Numbered from the whole stretch's first letter, positions 9,938-21,378 are shown. The stretch: DNA of 63,967 nucleotides, filler included, from Candidatus Methanoxibalbensis ujae (GCA_026134085.1; 3 parts of 3 records of this genome joined end to end with filler, not necessarily neighbours in it); one strand, 5' to 3'. Program-made: numbers and translations. Notes: a model not told the origin generated them from the sequence alone.

Positions 9938-10179
9938 CTTCCACCTCCGTTTTCGCTTCTTAAGCAGGTTTTTATGCAATCAAATCTCACGATTGAGCAG
10001 CAGGATCTCGCGCAGGGTGCCTATGAATTCTATGATTTATAAATTTATTTCTGTTACTTTTCTCTTTTTTTGCCAGCTGCCAGCTATAATTATGATTGGT
10101 GCTGCAGTGTGGTTTTGGATGAGCAGATGTGTGAGCTGCGCTCTGAGTGAGTAGAATCATGAGACTGCATCACGAGGAA

Positions 10180-11016
10180 TCAGAGGAACTCAACTGCGTA
10201 ATCTCTCTCCATGCGAACAAGTTTTTTCAGTTCGTTCACGAACGAGCCGAATGTGTGTATGGAGAAATCTATCCATGTTGCGAAATCAAGTGAGAGTCTT
10301 TCAAGCTCTCTCTCCTTTTCATCTCTGCTGTGCCAGCCGAAGTGTTCAACCGTGTCATAATTGCGCATCAGATATAAGAATATGGATGTGGCGGCGAATC
10401 CTGTGGGGACGAGAGGTGCGCGTGTTGCTATCTCCCGTATGAGGTCTTCCTCTCTGTGTATCTCATATTCTGAAATTCCTGTTTTGCGAGCGGCCTCAAT
10501 GCGAGCAGCCTCGTGATATGCTCCTTTAAGTGCGTCGCTGAGGTATCTGACATTCATCCGAGCGAGTTCCTCATACATTTCGCCCTGAATAAGTTCATGC
10601 TCTATCAGATAATGGATCATTCTGTCCGATGCGATCTCAATGTATAATTCATTGAGAGCTATCACAGCGAACCAGCGACCTGAGACGAAGAACCTGCGGT
10701 GCATTGCCACGCCAACATCAAAGAAGGATGAGGAAGTCTGGAATATGGGATGTGCGAATATTGCGGCCTCTGTTTTCATGAAAATTGTATTTGTCAGCTT
10801 TTCAGCGCGCTCTGCGCCGAGAATGCGCTCTAATCTCGCACGTTCATCATGAGAAAGAGGGGAATGCATGTCCTCAGGATATCTTGATATGCGCTCATAG
10901 AACGAAAATATTTCCTCTCTCCTCCTCTCATCAAGCATTTTCAATGTGCTCGCAATATCCCTCGCTGAGAGCTTCAGCCACATGATATACTCGTCCTCAA
11001 ACTTTTTCCTTCGCAT
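10180..11016 (-). CDS. hypothetical protein with a degenerate zincin-like motif (EHELIQ)
   Basis: Long ORF with normal composition. Start placed at ATG 11016 after AAGGAG. Confidence 0.6.
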   Translation of the reverse strand: MRRKKFEDEYIMWLKLSARDIASTLKMLDERRREEIFSFYERISRYPEDMHSPLSHDERARLERILGAERAEKLTNTIFMKTEAAIFAHPIFQTSSSFFDVGVAMHRRFFVSGRWFAVIALNELYIEIASDRMIHYLIEHELIQGEMYEELARMNVRYLSDALKGAYHEAARIEAARKTGISEYEIHREEDLIREIATRAPLVPTGFAATSIFLYLMRNYDTVEHFGWHSRDEKERELERLSLDFATWIDFSIHTFGSFVNELKKLVRMERDYAVEFL

Positions 11017-11137
11017 CTCCTTGCATAAGACAGCCTTCTTAAATAGTGATGCAAATAATGATGCACATGTATAATGATGCACGATGATGCACGATGATGC
11101 ACATGTATCGGAGAGATGCCATTGCTGTGAGCGGGGC

Positions 11138-12043
11138 TCAGCTGATATCTCTCGGGTAGGAACCGAGTATCTTGAGCATCGCCACCTTTCTGCGGACGCC
11201 TTTCAGGGCTTCCTGCACGCGCTCTTCATTGAGATGACCCTCGCAGTCTATGTGAAACATGTAGTCACCGAGCGCTTTCTTTGAAGGTCTTGACTCTATT
11301 TTCGTGAGATTTATGTTTCTTTTTGCGAACTCTCCGAGCACCTCGTATAAAGCTCCGGGTCTGTCCTTCAGATATATGAGGATGGATGTTTTATCGTGTC
11401 CTGTAGGTTTTGTCTCAGCCTCTCTTGCGAGAACGACGAACCTTGTGATGCTTTCCCTGTCCTGAACATCACGGGCGAGCACATTCAGTCTGTATCTGCG
11501 TGCTGCATCTTCAGATGCGAGTGCGGCGGTGTCATCTGATTCGCTCGCAATTTTCGCTGCAAGTGCAGTGCTCTCCACCGCTTTGACGACAACACCCTCC
11601 GCGCGCTTCTGCCTCAAAAACCTCTTGCACTGCGCGAGCGCGTGTGAATGAGACACGATCTTCCGCACATTCCCTGAACGAGCGAGCAGACATATTCTTA
11701 TGGGCAGGAGAATCTCCCCGATTATCTGGATGATTGTCCTCTCGTCGTCGTTGATGTCGTCATCACACTCATTGCACCCGCTGAGGACATCAAGAGTGTC
11801 ACTGACTGAGCCCTCAATTGAGTTCTCAATCGGGACTATGCCAAAATCCACTTCTCCACGCAGCAACCCCTCGTAAACATCGGAAATGGTCTCGTAATAT
11901 CTCACATCGCCCGTTGCTTTTTGCGCTTGCGCTGTGGTCTCCACAATTTGAAGATCAGCGTTTTGCACGCGCCTCAGCCAGTATCTTGCCGCACTTTCCG
12001 AGAACGTCCCTTCAGGTCCGAGGACACCTATGCGCATCTTCAT
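11138..12043 (-). CDS. pheA: prephenate dehydratase
   Basis: LGPEGTFSE, VPIENSIEGSV, SHSHALAQC, TRFVVL and ACT-domain INLTKIESRP. Confidence 0.95.
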   Translation of the reverse strand: MKMRIGVLGPEGTFSESAARYWLRRVQNADLQIVETTAQAQKATGDVRYYETISDVYEGLLRGEVDFGIVPIENSIEGSVSDTLDVLSGCNECDDDINDDERTIIQIIGEILLPIRICLLARSGNVRKIVSHSHALAQCKRFLRQKRAEGVVVKAVESTALAAKIASESDDTAALASEDAARRYRLNVLARDVQDRESITRFVVLAREAETKPTGHDKTSILIYLKDRPGALYEVLGEFAKRNINLTKIESRPSKKALGDYMFHIDCEGHLNEERVQEALKGVRRKVAMLKILGSYPRDIS

Positions 12044-12336
12044 TTCGCTTTTGTTATAATACAAATTCTCATCTCCTTTTCCACCTGAGCAGATATGCCG
12101 TTATGTTCGTGTTTTTACATGACCTCCTCTGACCACCAACTCAGGCCCTCTGACCACCAACTCAGGCTCTCAGACCTCTCCACACAGCCTCAGCAGAGCT
12201 TTCTGTCGGAGGCCCGGCGTCATTTCATCGGCGTCATTTCATCCCGGGAGAGGCTATGACTTTATTGATTCTTTGATGAAGAGCACTTTATTTCCTCCAC
12301 CATCCCAATGCTGTCCCGGATCATGCTCCGCACCTG

Positions 12337-13014
12337 TCATTCACTGTAAATTTTGCCATCTCTCATACGCAGTTTTGTGCGAGCGCGGTCGGCAATTTCC
12401 TCATCATGTGTCACCAGTATTATTGTTTTGCCCTCTTCTCTGTTTAGAAGCGAGAATATATCCATTATTGCGTCTCCAGTAGCAGTGTCAACATTTCCAG
12501 TGGGCTCATCTCCTATGATCATATCGGGATTGTTTGCAAGTGCACGGGCTATCGCAACTCTCTGCTGCTCCCCTCCGCTGAGTTCAGACGGTTTGTGATG
12601 GATTCTGTGAGAAAGACCCACGCGCTCAAGAAGCTCTTTCGCCCGTTTAAGCCGCTCAGACCTGCGGACACCCGCGAACAACATCGGTAATGCGACATTC
12701 TCAAGCGCATTCAGCGAGTGGATGAGGTTGTATTGCTGAAAGACAAATCCTATCTTACGCCGTCTTATCTCGGCGAGCTCACTTTCATTCATTTCTCCTG
12801 TGTTCTTTCCATCAATTAACACATTCCCGCTCGTCGGCTTGTCAAGACACCCTATCATGTTCAGCAGCGTTGACTTCCCCGAACCCGAAGGACCGAGAAC
12901 AGCAAGAAAATCGCCACGCCCAACTCGCAAATTCACATCTCTCAGCGCCTCAACATACACATTGCCCATCCTGTATATCTTGCGGACCCTCTCAAGACGA
13001 ACAATCTCTTCCAT
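12337..13014 (-). CDS. ABC transporter ATP-binding protein (LolD/MacB-type)
   Basis: GPSGSGKST, GFVFQQYNL, LSGGEQQRVAIARAL, DEPTGNVD, VTHD. Confidence 0.93.
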   Translation of the reverse strand: MEEIVRLERVRKIYRMGNVYVEALRDVNLRVGRGDFLAVLGPSGSGKSTLLNMIGCLDKPTSGNVLIDGKNTGEMNESELAEIRRRKIGFVFQQYNLIHSLNALENVALPMLFAGVRRSERLKRAKELLERVGLSHRIHHKPSELSGGEQQRVAIARALANNPDMIIGDEPTGNVDTATGDAIMDIFSLLNREEGKTIILVTHDEEIADRARTKLRMRDGKIYSE

Positions 13015-13289
13015 TCCATCCGTCTCCTCCCAAACGCACTTTTTTCGCACGGCTTTTCTCGCCCACTTGTATGACTGCGAAAGTTGTCAATGCCATTCAT
13101 GCGCAGTCACAGAAATAGAGTGCCCATCCGGGAGGAGGCATTTCAGGAATTGAAGGGAGAAAAGAGGATTGAAAGCATGTGAAGACGCCAGCGCTCAGTA
13201 TATGATGGACCGCATCCTTATCCAAATGATCCCTCAGCTCCTTCAGCCGAACTAGTGCTTCTTCAATCAAACTTGAGTCTATTTTCAAT

Positions 13290-14200
13290 TCTCTTCACTT
13301 CCTCAACATGATAATTCCTGTCCATCTGATTACTTCCTTATTGCACTTGCAAGCTCTTTATGGCTTGAGTGGAATTCCCGATTACAAATTTAGAGCTGTG
13401 AAATGATATTCAATCCTGTTAAGCCATGAAGCATTCGTTGGAAGAAAAACGGGTTCTCTCTTCACACCAATCAAGAACTTCTTTCTTTTTGTGAGAAGAG
13501 AGGTTATCCATAATTGAAGTTTTTCATCAGTAATCTTACAAAAACTGTAAAACTTCTTTGTTGTCTTTCTTCTCCTGATGTGCCCATCTTGTTCGTCTTC
13601 AGATCTAAAGCAAAGAGATTCCTTACACCTTGCTTGTGTATATTGCCGGTATTCTATCTGGCTTTATTCCCCCTCTCCCAACTGTGGTCTCACCTCAGGA
13701 TCATCAAAGCATATTACTCTTCCATCCTTTGGAGGCTGTAACTATCTCTCCGCTTAAACTCGTAGTCAGGATCGTTTGATTCTTTCAATGTCTTTGTCTT
13801 TCTGTCTTTGTCTTTCTTTTATTCCTCCCTCCTTTAGAATTTGTCTGAGCCATTCTATGCTTATTCCTCTATTCCTCTCTCAATTTAATCTCTCAACTTT
13901 GAAAGAGACCATTGAGTGAATGGCAAATTTGGTCTGCTCAAAGCAATATCAGCAACTTTTTGGTTTCTTCACTTATAACAGGTTTTCTTCCGCAGTTCTC
14001 GTATTTTGAAGAGATTCGCATCTTTGTTGAAGTTGTGTATAGCTTCAGATAATTTCTGTGGTATCCGAAAATCTCTGGAACTTTCATTGCTTGAGCAGAT
14101 GCAAAGCTCTTTTTAATTTTACTATGTCCCTGCTGTATCTCAGTATTCTTTTGAGTTTGTTACCTTCTTCATTTGTTTTACAAATGTATATGCACATACA
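13290..14200 (-). mobile_element. IS630-family transposase pseudogene (relic 1)
   Basis: Minus-strand fragments NEEGNKLKRILR, PFTQWSLSKL, MDNLSSHK and PTNASWLNRIE, broken by frameshifts and stops. Confidence 0.75.
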
Positions 14201-14329
14201 ATCTAATAATATTATAACTTAATATTATGACTTGAAAGTTTTTTAATAAAATAATTAAACTTAAATAGAGGGAGCACTAGTGACATATCAGTTCAATTAA
14301 GTTAATAATATTTAATAACTTTTCCTCAG

Positions 14330-15190
14330 CATTTTGTTTTATATTCCATATTTTTCATTCTTCTTCCAGTGCAGAGTCCATGATATTAATTTCGATTTCA
14401 GCGACATTGAGCCAGCTTTGAGTATAGATTTGAGAACTTTTTCAGCCTCTTTAAGTTCAGTAAAGTGATTTCTTGAGGTCCAGGACAATCCTCAACATTT
14501 CAATATTCCAGGTCTACCAGATCTCCTAATGTGAAAAATCCTCTTTTTCCTTTCCGTTACCTCCACCACTCTTTTCCCAGCCTCTGAACAGATATTGGCT
14601 TTACCTCTTTGTATTTGTATTTTTCAGGGCCACATGGTTTCTCTCAGGGCCACATGGTTTGGAATTGTCACTCTGGAATCCTCAAGCAATTGTTTTGGTT
14701 TTTCATCCATCCCGATAACCGGGCACTTGCATACAAGTCTAAAACATCATACAATCTTTCACACTGAATCCATTTCCCGAATGCACCACATTCTTTTTAG
14801 CCGGGGTCGCGGGTTATTGTTTTAAAACCTTTTCTCGTTCTCTGTTCTTCTTGAAGAAGCCCCAATGTCCATTTTTTCTACCTTCTGGTGGTGCAGTACA
14901 GGCAAGAGCTGCAATTTCTGTTTCATGCTTTATCTCGTTTTTCGGCTGTCCGGGCCCCGGCTTGTCTTTTAGCGCAGATTCCAAGCCCTCCTCTATCCCT
15001 CTTTATTCTCCAGACCGTTTGTCAGTAGAAAGTATTTCCGCAATCCTTGTGTCCTTTTCATATTTGCTCCCAAGAGAATATTGGCATGCAATATTTCTCG
15101 TGCTTTCTTGGTCCTCTTTTTTATGAACTTGCTCAAAAACTTGACATCATCTCCTTTGAGTTGTATCTCCAAGCTTTTTGATGCTGTAAG
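14330..15190 (-). mobile_element. IS630-family transposase pseudogene (relic 2, different subtype)
   Basis: Fragments EGLESALKDKPGPGQP, ALACTAPPEGRK, MWCI, DVLDLY, GMDEKPKQLL and SWLNVAEIEINIM. Confidence 0.75.
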
Positions 15191-16537
15191 AATGTCAATA
15201 TATTAACTAAGTTGCCGAGACACAGGGTGATTTGGTCCCTGATCTTGGAGTTCAGGAACAACATTTTGAATCGAAGCTCTTGAGAAATTCTGTTGGATAT
15301 GCTGGATATGCTGGAGAGGATATAAACCTGTCTGTCTTCCTGCAGGAGCCAAATCCATTCCAATAGATCCCGGCAACACTGGAAATAGAGGGGGACCAAG
15401 ATCAGGATATCTGGTGAAGAGCGAAGTTGTACATTAAGAATGCTATTGGTTCAAGCCTCAATGGTGAGGTATTTGGATGAGATATCCGATTTTTTCGCTG
15501 CCAGTTTCAGTGTCACTGTAAAAATTGGAAAATGAAAATAATATTCGTTGAGGAGATTTCACGAGGAAGCAAATGATGAGGAATTTGATAAGACCCGGGC
15601 AGTAAATCAGTAGAGTCCTGCGGACTCAACTCTGAATCGTTAAATTATGTGCTGGAAGAGATAAGGGAAGCAAGTGATATGCCGGGTTTTATGGTTTTTT
15701 GCCATTAAATAAATATTTATAACTTCATCTATAACTTTACCGCACAAAGAGTTTTTGTTGTTTTGTGGTGGGGAGCTGTTGGTTCGACACCGCCGGTGGA
15801 ACTGAGGGAGAGATTTGCTTTGAAGACCCGTGAAGACTCGTAAAACCAACCGGGAGAATGCACCTCAAATACATTGCAAACGATGTGAAACAATAGGCAA
15901 AGATCTTTCTTTCTGGGCCCAAACTCAATCAAATCCCACATTTGGGACGGGCTTCCATCTCCAAGCTGTTGAAAGTCGTAGCACTGATCCGGTATGCTCT
16001 CCAATTATGGCATGATGTATCCTGTCAAGTAATGCATATGTTATCTGGCATTCGTGACCTCTTACTTTGGCATCCAGTGAGGCTCATCGGTGCTTCATCG
16101 GGGAGACCTGCCTCAGCCTTCCCTATCATTGCTGTGGTATAGGTCTTCCTCTTCACAGGCTTTCAGGACCTCCCTTATCTATTCCAAATATGCACGACAC
16201 ATATAAATTCACTAAATTTACACAAACCTAACCTGCTCTACCTGCTCTACCGCCTCTCCCACAACTTTCCTCCAACGCTCTCTTTTCTTTTCCTTTCAGA
16301 TTTTCATATAACCTGAAAGATTCTCCTTCAAGTCCGGGACGGATATCTGCTCCCTTTCTGATATTTCCAGAAGTCCCGGCAGATTATGAAGATTTTCTCA
16401 GCAGAAGGGACTCAGCCACATACTGTCTGCCGTTCGGCACCACCCACCACCGCACCACCCACCTTCCCACACCACACACAAACTGCCAACGGCCACCGTG
16501 TCGCCAGACAATTATGCGTGTAATGCGTGTGAGGGTT

Positions 16538-18292
16538 TCAGGAGAAGTCGGCAGCGCTCGTTTTATCCTCTTTGCATCTGCATTTTCTTTCCATAATCAG
16601 AAGCATCCCTCTCCTCCTCAGCGCGCTCACGCATTCGCTCACATCTGATCTTTCTATAAGAAACAAATTTGCGTGTTTTCTCACATTCACTCCGCTCTCC
16701 TTCATAACACTCTCAACAGCAGCCGCAGTTGCATCATCATCAACCTCAATGACAAACACATCACGCGTCCTTATGAGCTCGTGAAATGCATCCTCATCAC
16801 ATAAGCCGCATCCATCCGCTACTTCTGCTATATTTAGCCATTTCTTAAGTATTTCCATAATTTCCGGCTCTGTTCTGATGAAAATGCAGCGCTTCAAGAC
16901 AGTTTTTCCAAGGAGATCGCACCATGATCTGATTGTGAAGATTATGTTTTGAGGTATGTCGTTGCGAGCATGTTCACGAAGCACGCTCAATATTTCATCT
17001 GCGCTCATTCCACTCTCCACTGCACGCATCACACTTTCTTTAGTTATGACAAATGTCGCGACGCGGTCAGCCTTCTTAAGCGATGCAAATCGCGTGAGCA
17101 AAAACATGACCTCATCGCTCGTCTCCGGAAACGCGATTATCTCAAAGTTGGGCTGGACGATAAGCGTCTTCTCATATCCTTTCGCTCTCTCATAAAACCC
17201 GAAGAATGCTGATTTCAACCTGAAAACATCAAATGAAAGATCTGCCGATGCAGTTTCTTCTTTTTCATTTGAGTTGTCAATGATGTCGGTCAATGTGCCT
17301 ATATCGGCCAGGCCCAGAAGAACGAGGTGTTGTATGACCTTCCTGACTGAGGATTTATTGAAATAGAACCACTCTTTCCTCCTTTTTCTGAAAACTGCAC
17401 TCCTTACATTTCTCTCAAACAATATGCGATCATACCACACATCGGGCTTCAATTTTCTGAGTTCATCGAGGACAGTGCGCTTTACACTGTCATATGTGCG
17501 TGAGAATGCGTGCAGAATTTCAAGCATTCGCTCTTCTCTGCTCTTGCGCATGAATTTCTCAGCTTTATCCGTTGTTTTGAGCAGTATTTTTCTGTTCTGT
17601 GTATTTTGTCTGACGATTTCAAGCATTTCGCATATCCTGCGTATGAACAGCAGATATCTCTGCGATTGTTCGCTCAGTTCTCTCATAATTTTCTCAGCAC
17701 ATCTCTTTCTTATTTTGCGGAGCGATGGTGTGAGCGGTATTCCCGCGTTTGCGTGCGAGAGGAAAACGATTATGTCATCCATTATTCTGTGTGGCTCGCT
17801 TATGATGTGTATGTCACAATGAACCTCAGCATTTGTCTCAGAAGAAAGCGCCGCAGTGATTCCGTCTCTCAGCTCCTCAGGCACGGCATATGCCACCGCG
17901 CCGACATCTTTATATCTGCGGGATTTCACTATGAGAAGCAGGCCAAGAAGCCCTTTTTGCTGTTTTCCAGTCTGCTGTGCTGAGGGAGATGTTCCGAGTT
18001 CATCCTCAGTTATATCCCACAGCGCGAGTTCACTCCTGGATATCACCCAGTTGTTGAGTGCGAATGTGCCGAGTATGTGCTGTTCCCTGTCAGAAAGCGC
18101 AGAGACAACAGATTTTATGCGGTCTTCTTCCCGCATACGCCTGATAATCTCATTTATCTGTTCTTGTTTTTTCCTGTTAAAATCAGTGTCATTGTGGATA
18201 TATGAAGCAAAATCGTTTATACGCCACAACGATGCAACAGCTTTCAGCTCATCCACACTCAGTTTCTTCAAGTATTTCAGCAGCAGACCCAT
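16538..18292 (-). CDS. helicase-associated (Helicase_C_3 / Tfb2-p52-clutch-like) domain protein, XPB partner
   Basis: LIVQPNFEII..FA..TFVITKESVMRAVESGMSADEIL..IPQNIIFTIRSW is the same domain as the N-terminus of the adjacent XPB. Confidence 0.8.
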   Translation of the reverse strand: MGLLLKYLKKLSVDELKAVASLWRINDFASYIHNDTDFNRKKQEQINEIIRRMREEDRIKSVVSALSDREQHILGTFALNNWVISRSELALWDITEDELGTSPSAQQTGKQQKGLLGLLLIVKSRRYKDVGAVAYAVPEELRDGITAALSSETNAEVHCDIHIISEPHRIMDDIIVFLSHANAGIPLTPSLRKIRKRCAEKIMRELSEQSQRYLLFIRRICEMLEIVRQNTQNRKILLKTTDKAEKFMRKSREERMLEILHAFSRTYDSVKRTVLDELRKLKPDVWYDRILFERNVRSAVFRKRRKEWFYFNKSSVRKVIQHLVLLGLADIGTLTDIIDNSNEKEETASADLSFDVFRLKSAFFGFYERAKGYEKTLIVQPNFEIIAFPETSDEVMFLLTRFASLKKADRVATFVITKESVMRAVESGMSADEILSVLREHARNDIPQNIIFTIRSWCDLLGKTVLKRCIFIRTEPEIMEILKKWLNIAEVADGCGLCDEDAFHELIRTRDVFVIEVDDDATAAAVESVMKESGVNVRKHANLFLIERSDVSECVSALRRRGMLLIMERKCRCKEDKTSAADFS

Positions 18293-18328
18293 AGAGTTAC
18301 ATCTTTAAAATATTTCTATTTATATTTA
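18293..18328. promoter_or_regulatory. 36-bp bidirectional AT-rich promoter
   Basis: TTTAAAATA on + and TAAATATAAATA on -, each about 20-35 nt from the opposing ATG, consistent with leaderless transcripts. Confidence 0.55.
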
Positions 18329-20065
18329 ATGCGGCTACAGGCATCGCGGCAGGAGCGGCTGCATGATAAGCCCCTTATTGTTCAGAGCGACATGAGTGTG
18401 CTTCTTGAAGTTGCGCATCCTCTTTATGAATATGCGAGAGATGCGTTGATGCGTTTTGCAGAGCTGATTAAAAGCCCCGAACATGTTCACACATATCGCA
18501 TATCAAGACTCTCAATATGGAACGCAGCGGCTGCCGGGATGACAGCATCTCAGATAATAAATCTGCTTGAGGAGTTGAGCAGATACGAATTACCTCAGAA
18601 TGTCATTTCAAACATAAATGACTGGATCTCAAGGTATGGCCGGTTGAAGCTTGTCTCCCGCCATCGTGCTGAGCATGATGTGCTGTTGTGTGCTGATGAT
18701 GCTGTGCTGATGCGTGAGGTGCTGAGCAGCGACAGTGTGCGACCTTTCATAGAAAATGTGATAGATGAGAGGACGGCTGTTGTCAAGCGCAATGCGAGAG
18801 GCCTTCTCAAAAAAGCGCTCACTGAAATAGGATTTCCAGCCGAGGACATTGTTGGCTATGAGGAGGGAGAGCATTTTGAGATTCACCTCAGAGATAAAAC
18901 GAGAAGCGGCGAGCATTTTGAGCTGCGAAGATATCAGCGAGAGGCAGTTGATGCTTTCTACGCCGGCGGAAGTCCAAGAGGAGGAAGCGGAGTGATAGTG
19001 CTGCCATGCGGCGCGGGAAAGACAATTGTTGGGATCGCCATAATGGAAAAACTTCAGACAAGCACACTCATAATAACGACGAGCACAGTGGCATCAAGGC
19101 AGTGGCGCGAGGAACTGCTCGACAAGACAGATGTCAGCGAGGACGATATAGGCGAATACAGTGGAGAGAAAAAGGAGATAAAACCAATAACAATCGCAAC
19201 ATACCAGATACTCACACACAGAACAGATGGGGATTTCACACATCTCTCCATATTCAACGAGCGGAATTGGGGACTTATCATATACGATGAGGTGCACCTG
19301 CTGCCAGCACCGATATTCAGAATAACCGCTGAACTTCAGGCAAAACGCCGCCTCGGTCTCACAGCAACGCTCGTAAGAGAGGATGGAAGGGAGGATGATG
19401 TCTTCTCACTCATAGGCCCAAAAAAATATGATGCGCCCTGGAAAGAACTCGAAAGACAGGGATGGATAGCAAGCGCAATATGCAATGAAATAAGAGTTGA
19501 CATGGATGATGACCTGCGCATGAAATATGCTGTTGCAGGTGAAAGGCAGAAATATCGCATTGCATCCTCAGAAAACAGGCGGAAATATGATGTCGTCAGG
19601 CAGATAGTGTCGTATCATCGTGCGCGCGGCGACAGAATACTGATCATGGGCACATATGTTGAGCAGTTGAAATGTGTTTCTCGGATGTTAAATGCAAATC
19701 TCATAACAGGCAGAACTTCCAGTAAGGAGCGCATGCGCATTTATGATTTGTTCAATCGCGGCGAGATTGATGTGATTGTGGTCTCAAAGGTGGCAAACTT
19801 CGCCATAGACCTTCCAGATGCAAATGTCGCAATCCAGATATCAGGCACTTTCGGATCAAGACAGGAGGAGGCGCAGCGACTCGGAAGAATACTGAGACCA
19901 AAAAAGGACGGTTCTCCGGCATTCTTCTATTCCATTGTGACAAAAAATACGAGAGATCAGGAGCTTTCCGCCAAAAGACAGCTCTTCCTGACTGAACAGG
20001 GATATAAATATGTTATAAGTGAGGGTTTTTCAGATGCGCTGATCCTCAGATATGCTGGGGAATGA
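18329..20065 (+). CDS. xpb: XPB/Rad25/ERCC3-family SF2 helicase with bacterial/eukaryote-type N-terminal domain
   Basis: PLIVQSD..FAELIKSPEHVHTYRI NTD, LRRYQ, VLPCGAGKT, DEVH, GLTAT, SRQEEAQRLGRILR and KRQLFLTEQGY. Confidence 0.93.
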   Translation: MRLQASRQERLHDKPLIVQSDMSVLLEVAHPLYEYARDALMRFAELIKSPEHVHTYRISRLSIWNAAAAGMTASQIINLLEELSRYELPQNVISNINDWISRYGRLKLVSRHRAEHDVLLCADDAVLMREVLSSDSVRPFIENVIDERTAVVKRNARGLLKKALTEIGFPAEDIVGYEEGEHFEIHLRDKTRSGEHFELRRYQREAVDAFYAGGSPRGGSGVIVLPCGAGKTIVGIAIMEKLQTSTLIITTSTVASRQWREELLDKTDVSEDDIGEYSGEKKEIKPITIATYQILTHRTDGDFTHLSIFNERNWGLIIYDEVHLLPAPIFRITAELQAKRRLGLTATLVREDGREDDVFSLIGPKKYDAPWKELERQGWIASAICNEIRVDMDDDLRMKYAVAGERQKYRIASSENRRKYDVVRQIVSYHRARGDRILIMGTYVEQLKCVSRMLNANLITGRTSSKERMRIYDLFNRGEIDVIVVSKVANFAIDLPDANVAIQISGTFGSRQEEAQRLGRILRPKKDGSPAFFYSIVTKNTRDQELSAKRQLFLTEQGYKYVISEGFSDALILRYAGE

Positions 20066-20364
20066 TGAGTCGTTGGGGCTCCCTGAGACACTGACAGCGA
20101 GACGGGGTTGAGAAGGAGGAAAATTCAGCTTCCAGATAAAACAGAGGAAAGGAGTAGGGGAGAGGAGAGAGATGAGGGTGTCTCAATAAGAAGCCATTTG
20201 ACGCTGTTCCAGTTTGATGGGCTCTGAGATTGATGCAAAGTCCTAAACCTGAATGGAAGCGAGGTCCTTCTTATGACGGGAGAACTATGACTCAAGTGAA
20301 CGCCACAAAAAGTTACTAAAACCAGAGGAGAGAAAGTTAATTAAAAAGGGCAGTGAGGTGCAGG

Positions 20365-21378
20365 ATGCGCGTTGAGATCATTGGGACGGAGTCTTTGGGA
20401 GTGCGAGGTCTGAGCTGTGTTGTTGAGCTAAAGGATCGCAAGATATTGATTGATCCGGGCGTTTCACTCGGATATTCGCGACATGGTCTGCTGCCACATC
20501 CCGTTCAGGTTGCCATGGGCGAGGATGTCCGTCAGCGCATACTTGACGAGCTTGAGGATGTCACAGACATTGTTTTCAGTCATTTCCACGGAGACCATGT
20601 CCCGCTGTATGATGCAAACCCCTTTCAGATGCATGCAATGGAATTCAGAGCAGTGCTCAGACGGCGAAACAGGAGAACACCGACATTCTGGACAAAAACG
20701 CCATCCGGAAAGAACATGATGCAGCGGATGCAGCTGCTGCGACATGCACTTGGCGTCCGCTTCAAACAGGCTGAAGGTCGTGATGACGGTGTAATTGCGT
20801 TTTCACCACCGGTTCCGCATGGCGCACGAGATGAGCACAGAGGCACTGTTATGATGACCCGCATAAGGGAAGGCGATGAGGTCTTCGTTCACGCATCCGA
20901 CATACAGCTGCTTGATCCATCAGCCGTATCGCTCATACTCAAGTGGCGCCCGACAATTGTGATCGCATCAGGACCGCCTCTGTATCTGAATCCTGTGACC
21001 TGTCATCTCAGGCATGCGAGAAGAAACACGATAAAACTTGCGTTTTTAACCGAGAAGCTCATACTTGATCATCATCTGATGCGCTCGGAAAACGGCTGCC
21101 GCTGGATGGAGGATCTCAGTGCCGAGACAGGGCGCAACATCATCTGCGCCGCAGATTTCATGAATCGTGAGCGATTCCTGCTTGAGGCATGGCGCGACCG
21201 ACTATACACCGCGTTTCCTGTGCAATCAGGATGGCATGAGGCATATGCGAAGGGCCTCTTGTCCGCTCATAAATACCGCAAAATGCTTCCATATGTGATG
21301 AAGCGCATTGAGAGATTGAGATCTGAGACGAGATCTCAGGCGGGGAGCATGCGCAATATGAGAGACTGGGAAAAATGA
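20365..21378 (+). CDS. metallo-beta-lactamase-fold hydrolase (UPF0282-like)
   Basis: GTESLGVRG, IDPGVSLG, SHFHGDH, HASDIQ and DHHLMR; GAGGTG RBS. Confidence 0.85.
   Translation: MRVEIIGTESLGVRGLSCVVELKDRKILIDPGVSLGYSRHGLLPHPVQVAMGEDVRQRILDELEDVTDIVFSHFHGDHVPLYDANPFQMHAMEFRAVLRRRNRRTPTFWTKTPSGKNMMQRMQLLRHALGVRFKQAEGRDDGVIAFSPPVPHGARDEHRGTVMMTRIREGDEVFVHASDIQLLDPSAVSLILKWRPTIVIASGPPLYLNPVTCHLRHARRNTIKLAFLTEKLILDHHLMRSENGCRWMEDLSAETGRNIICAADFMNRERFLLEAWRDRLYTAFPVQSGWHEAYAKGLLSAHKYRKMLPYVMKRIERLRSETRSQAGSMRNMRDWEK

Noticed and set aside
15765..15800. tRNA-like GGTTCGACACC
   Set aside because: No 5-bp T stem, acceptor stem or anticodon arm can be formed.
13097..16142. Short ORF-track ORFs in the AT-rich region
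   Set aside because: They are shadows or fragments of IS630 relics, or unrecognisable debris.
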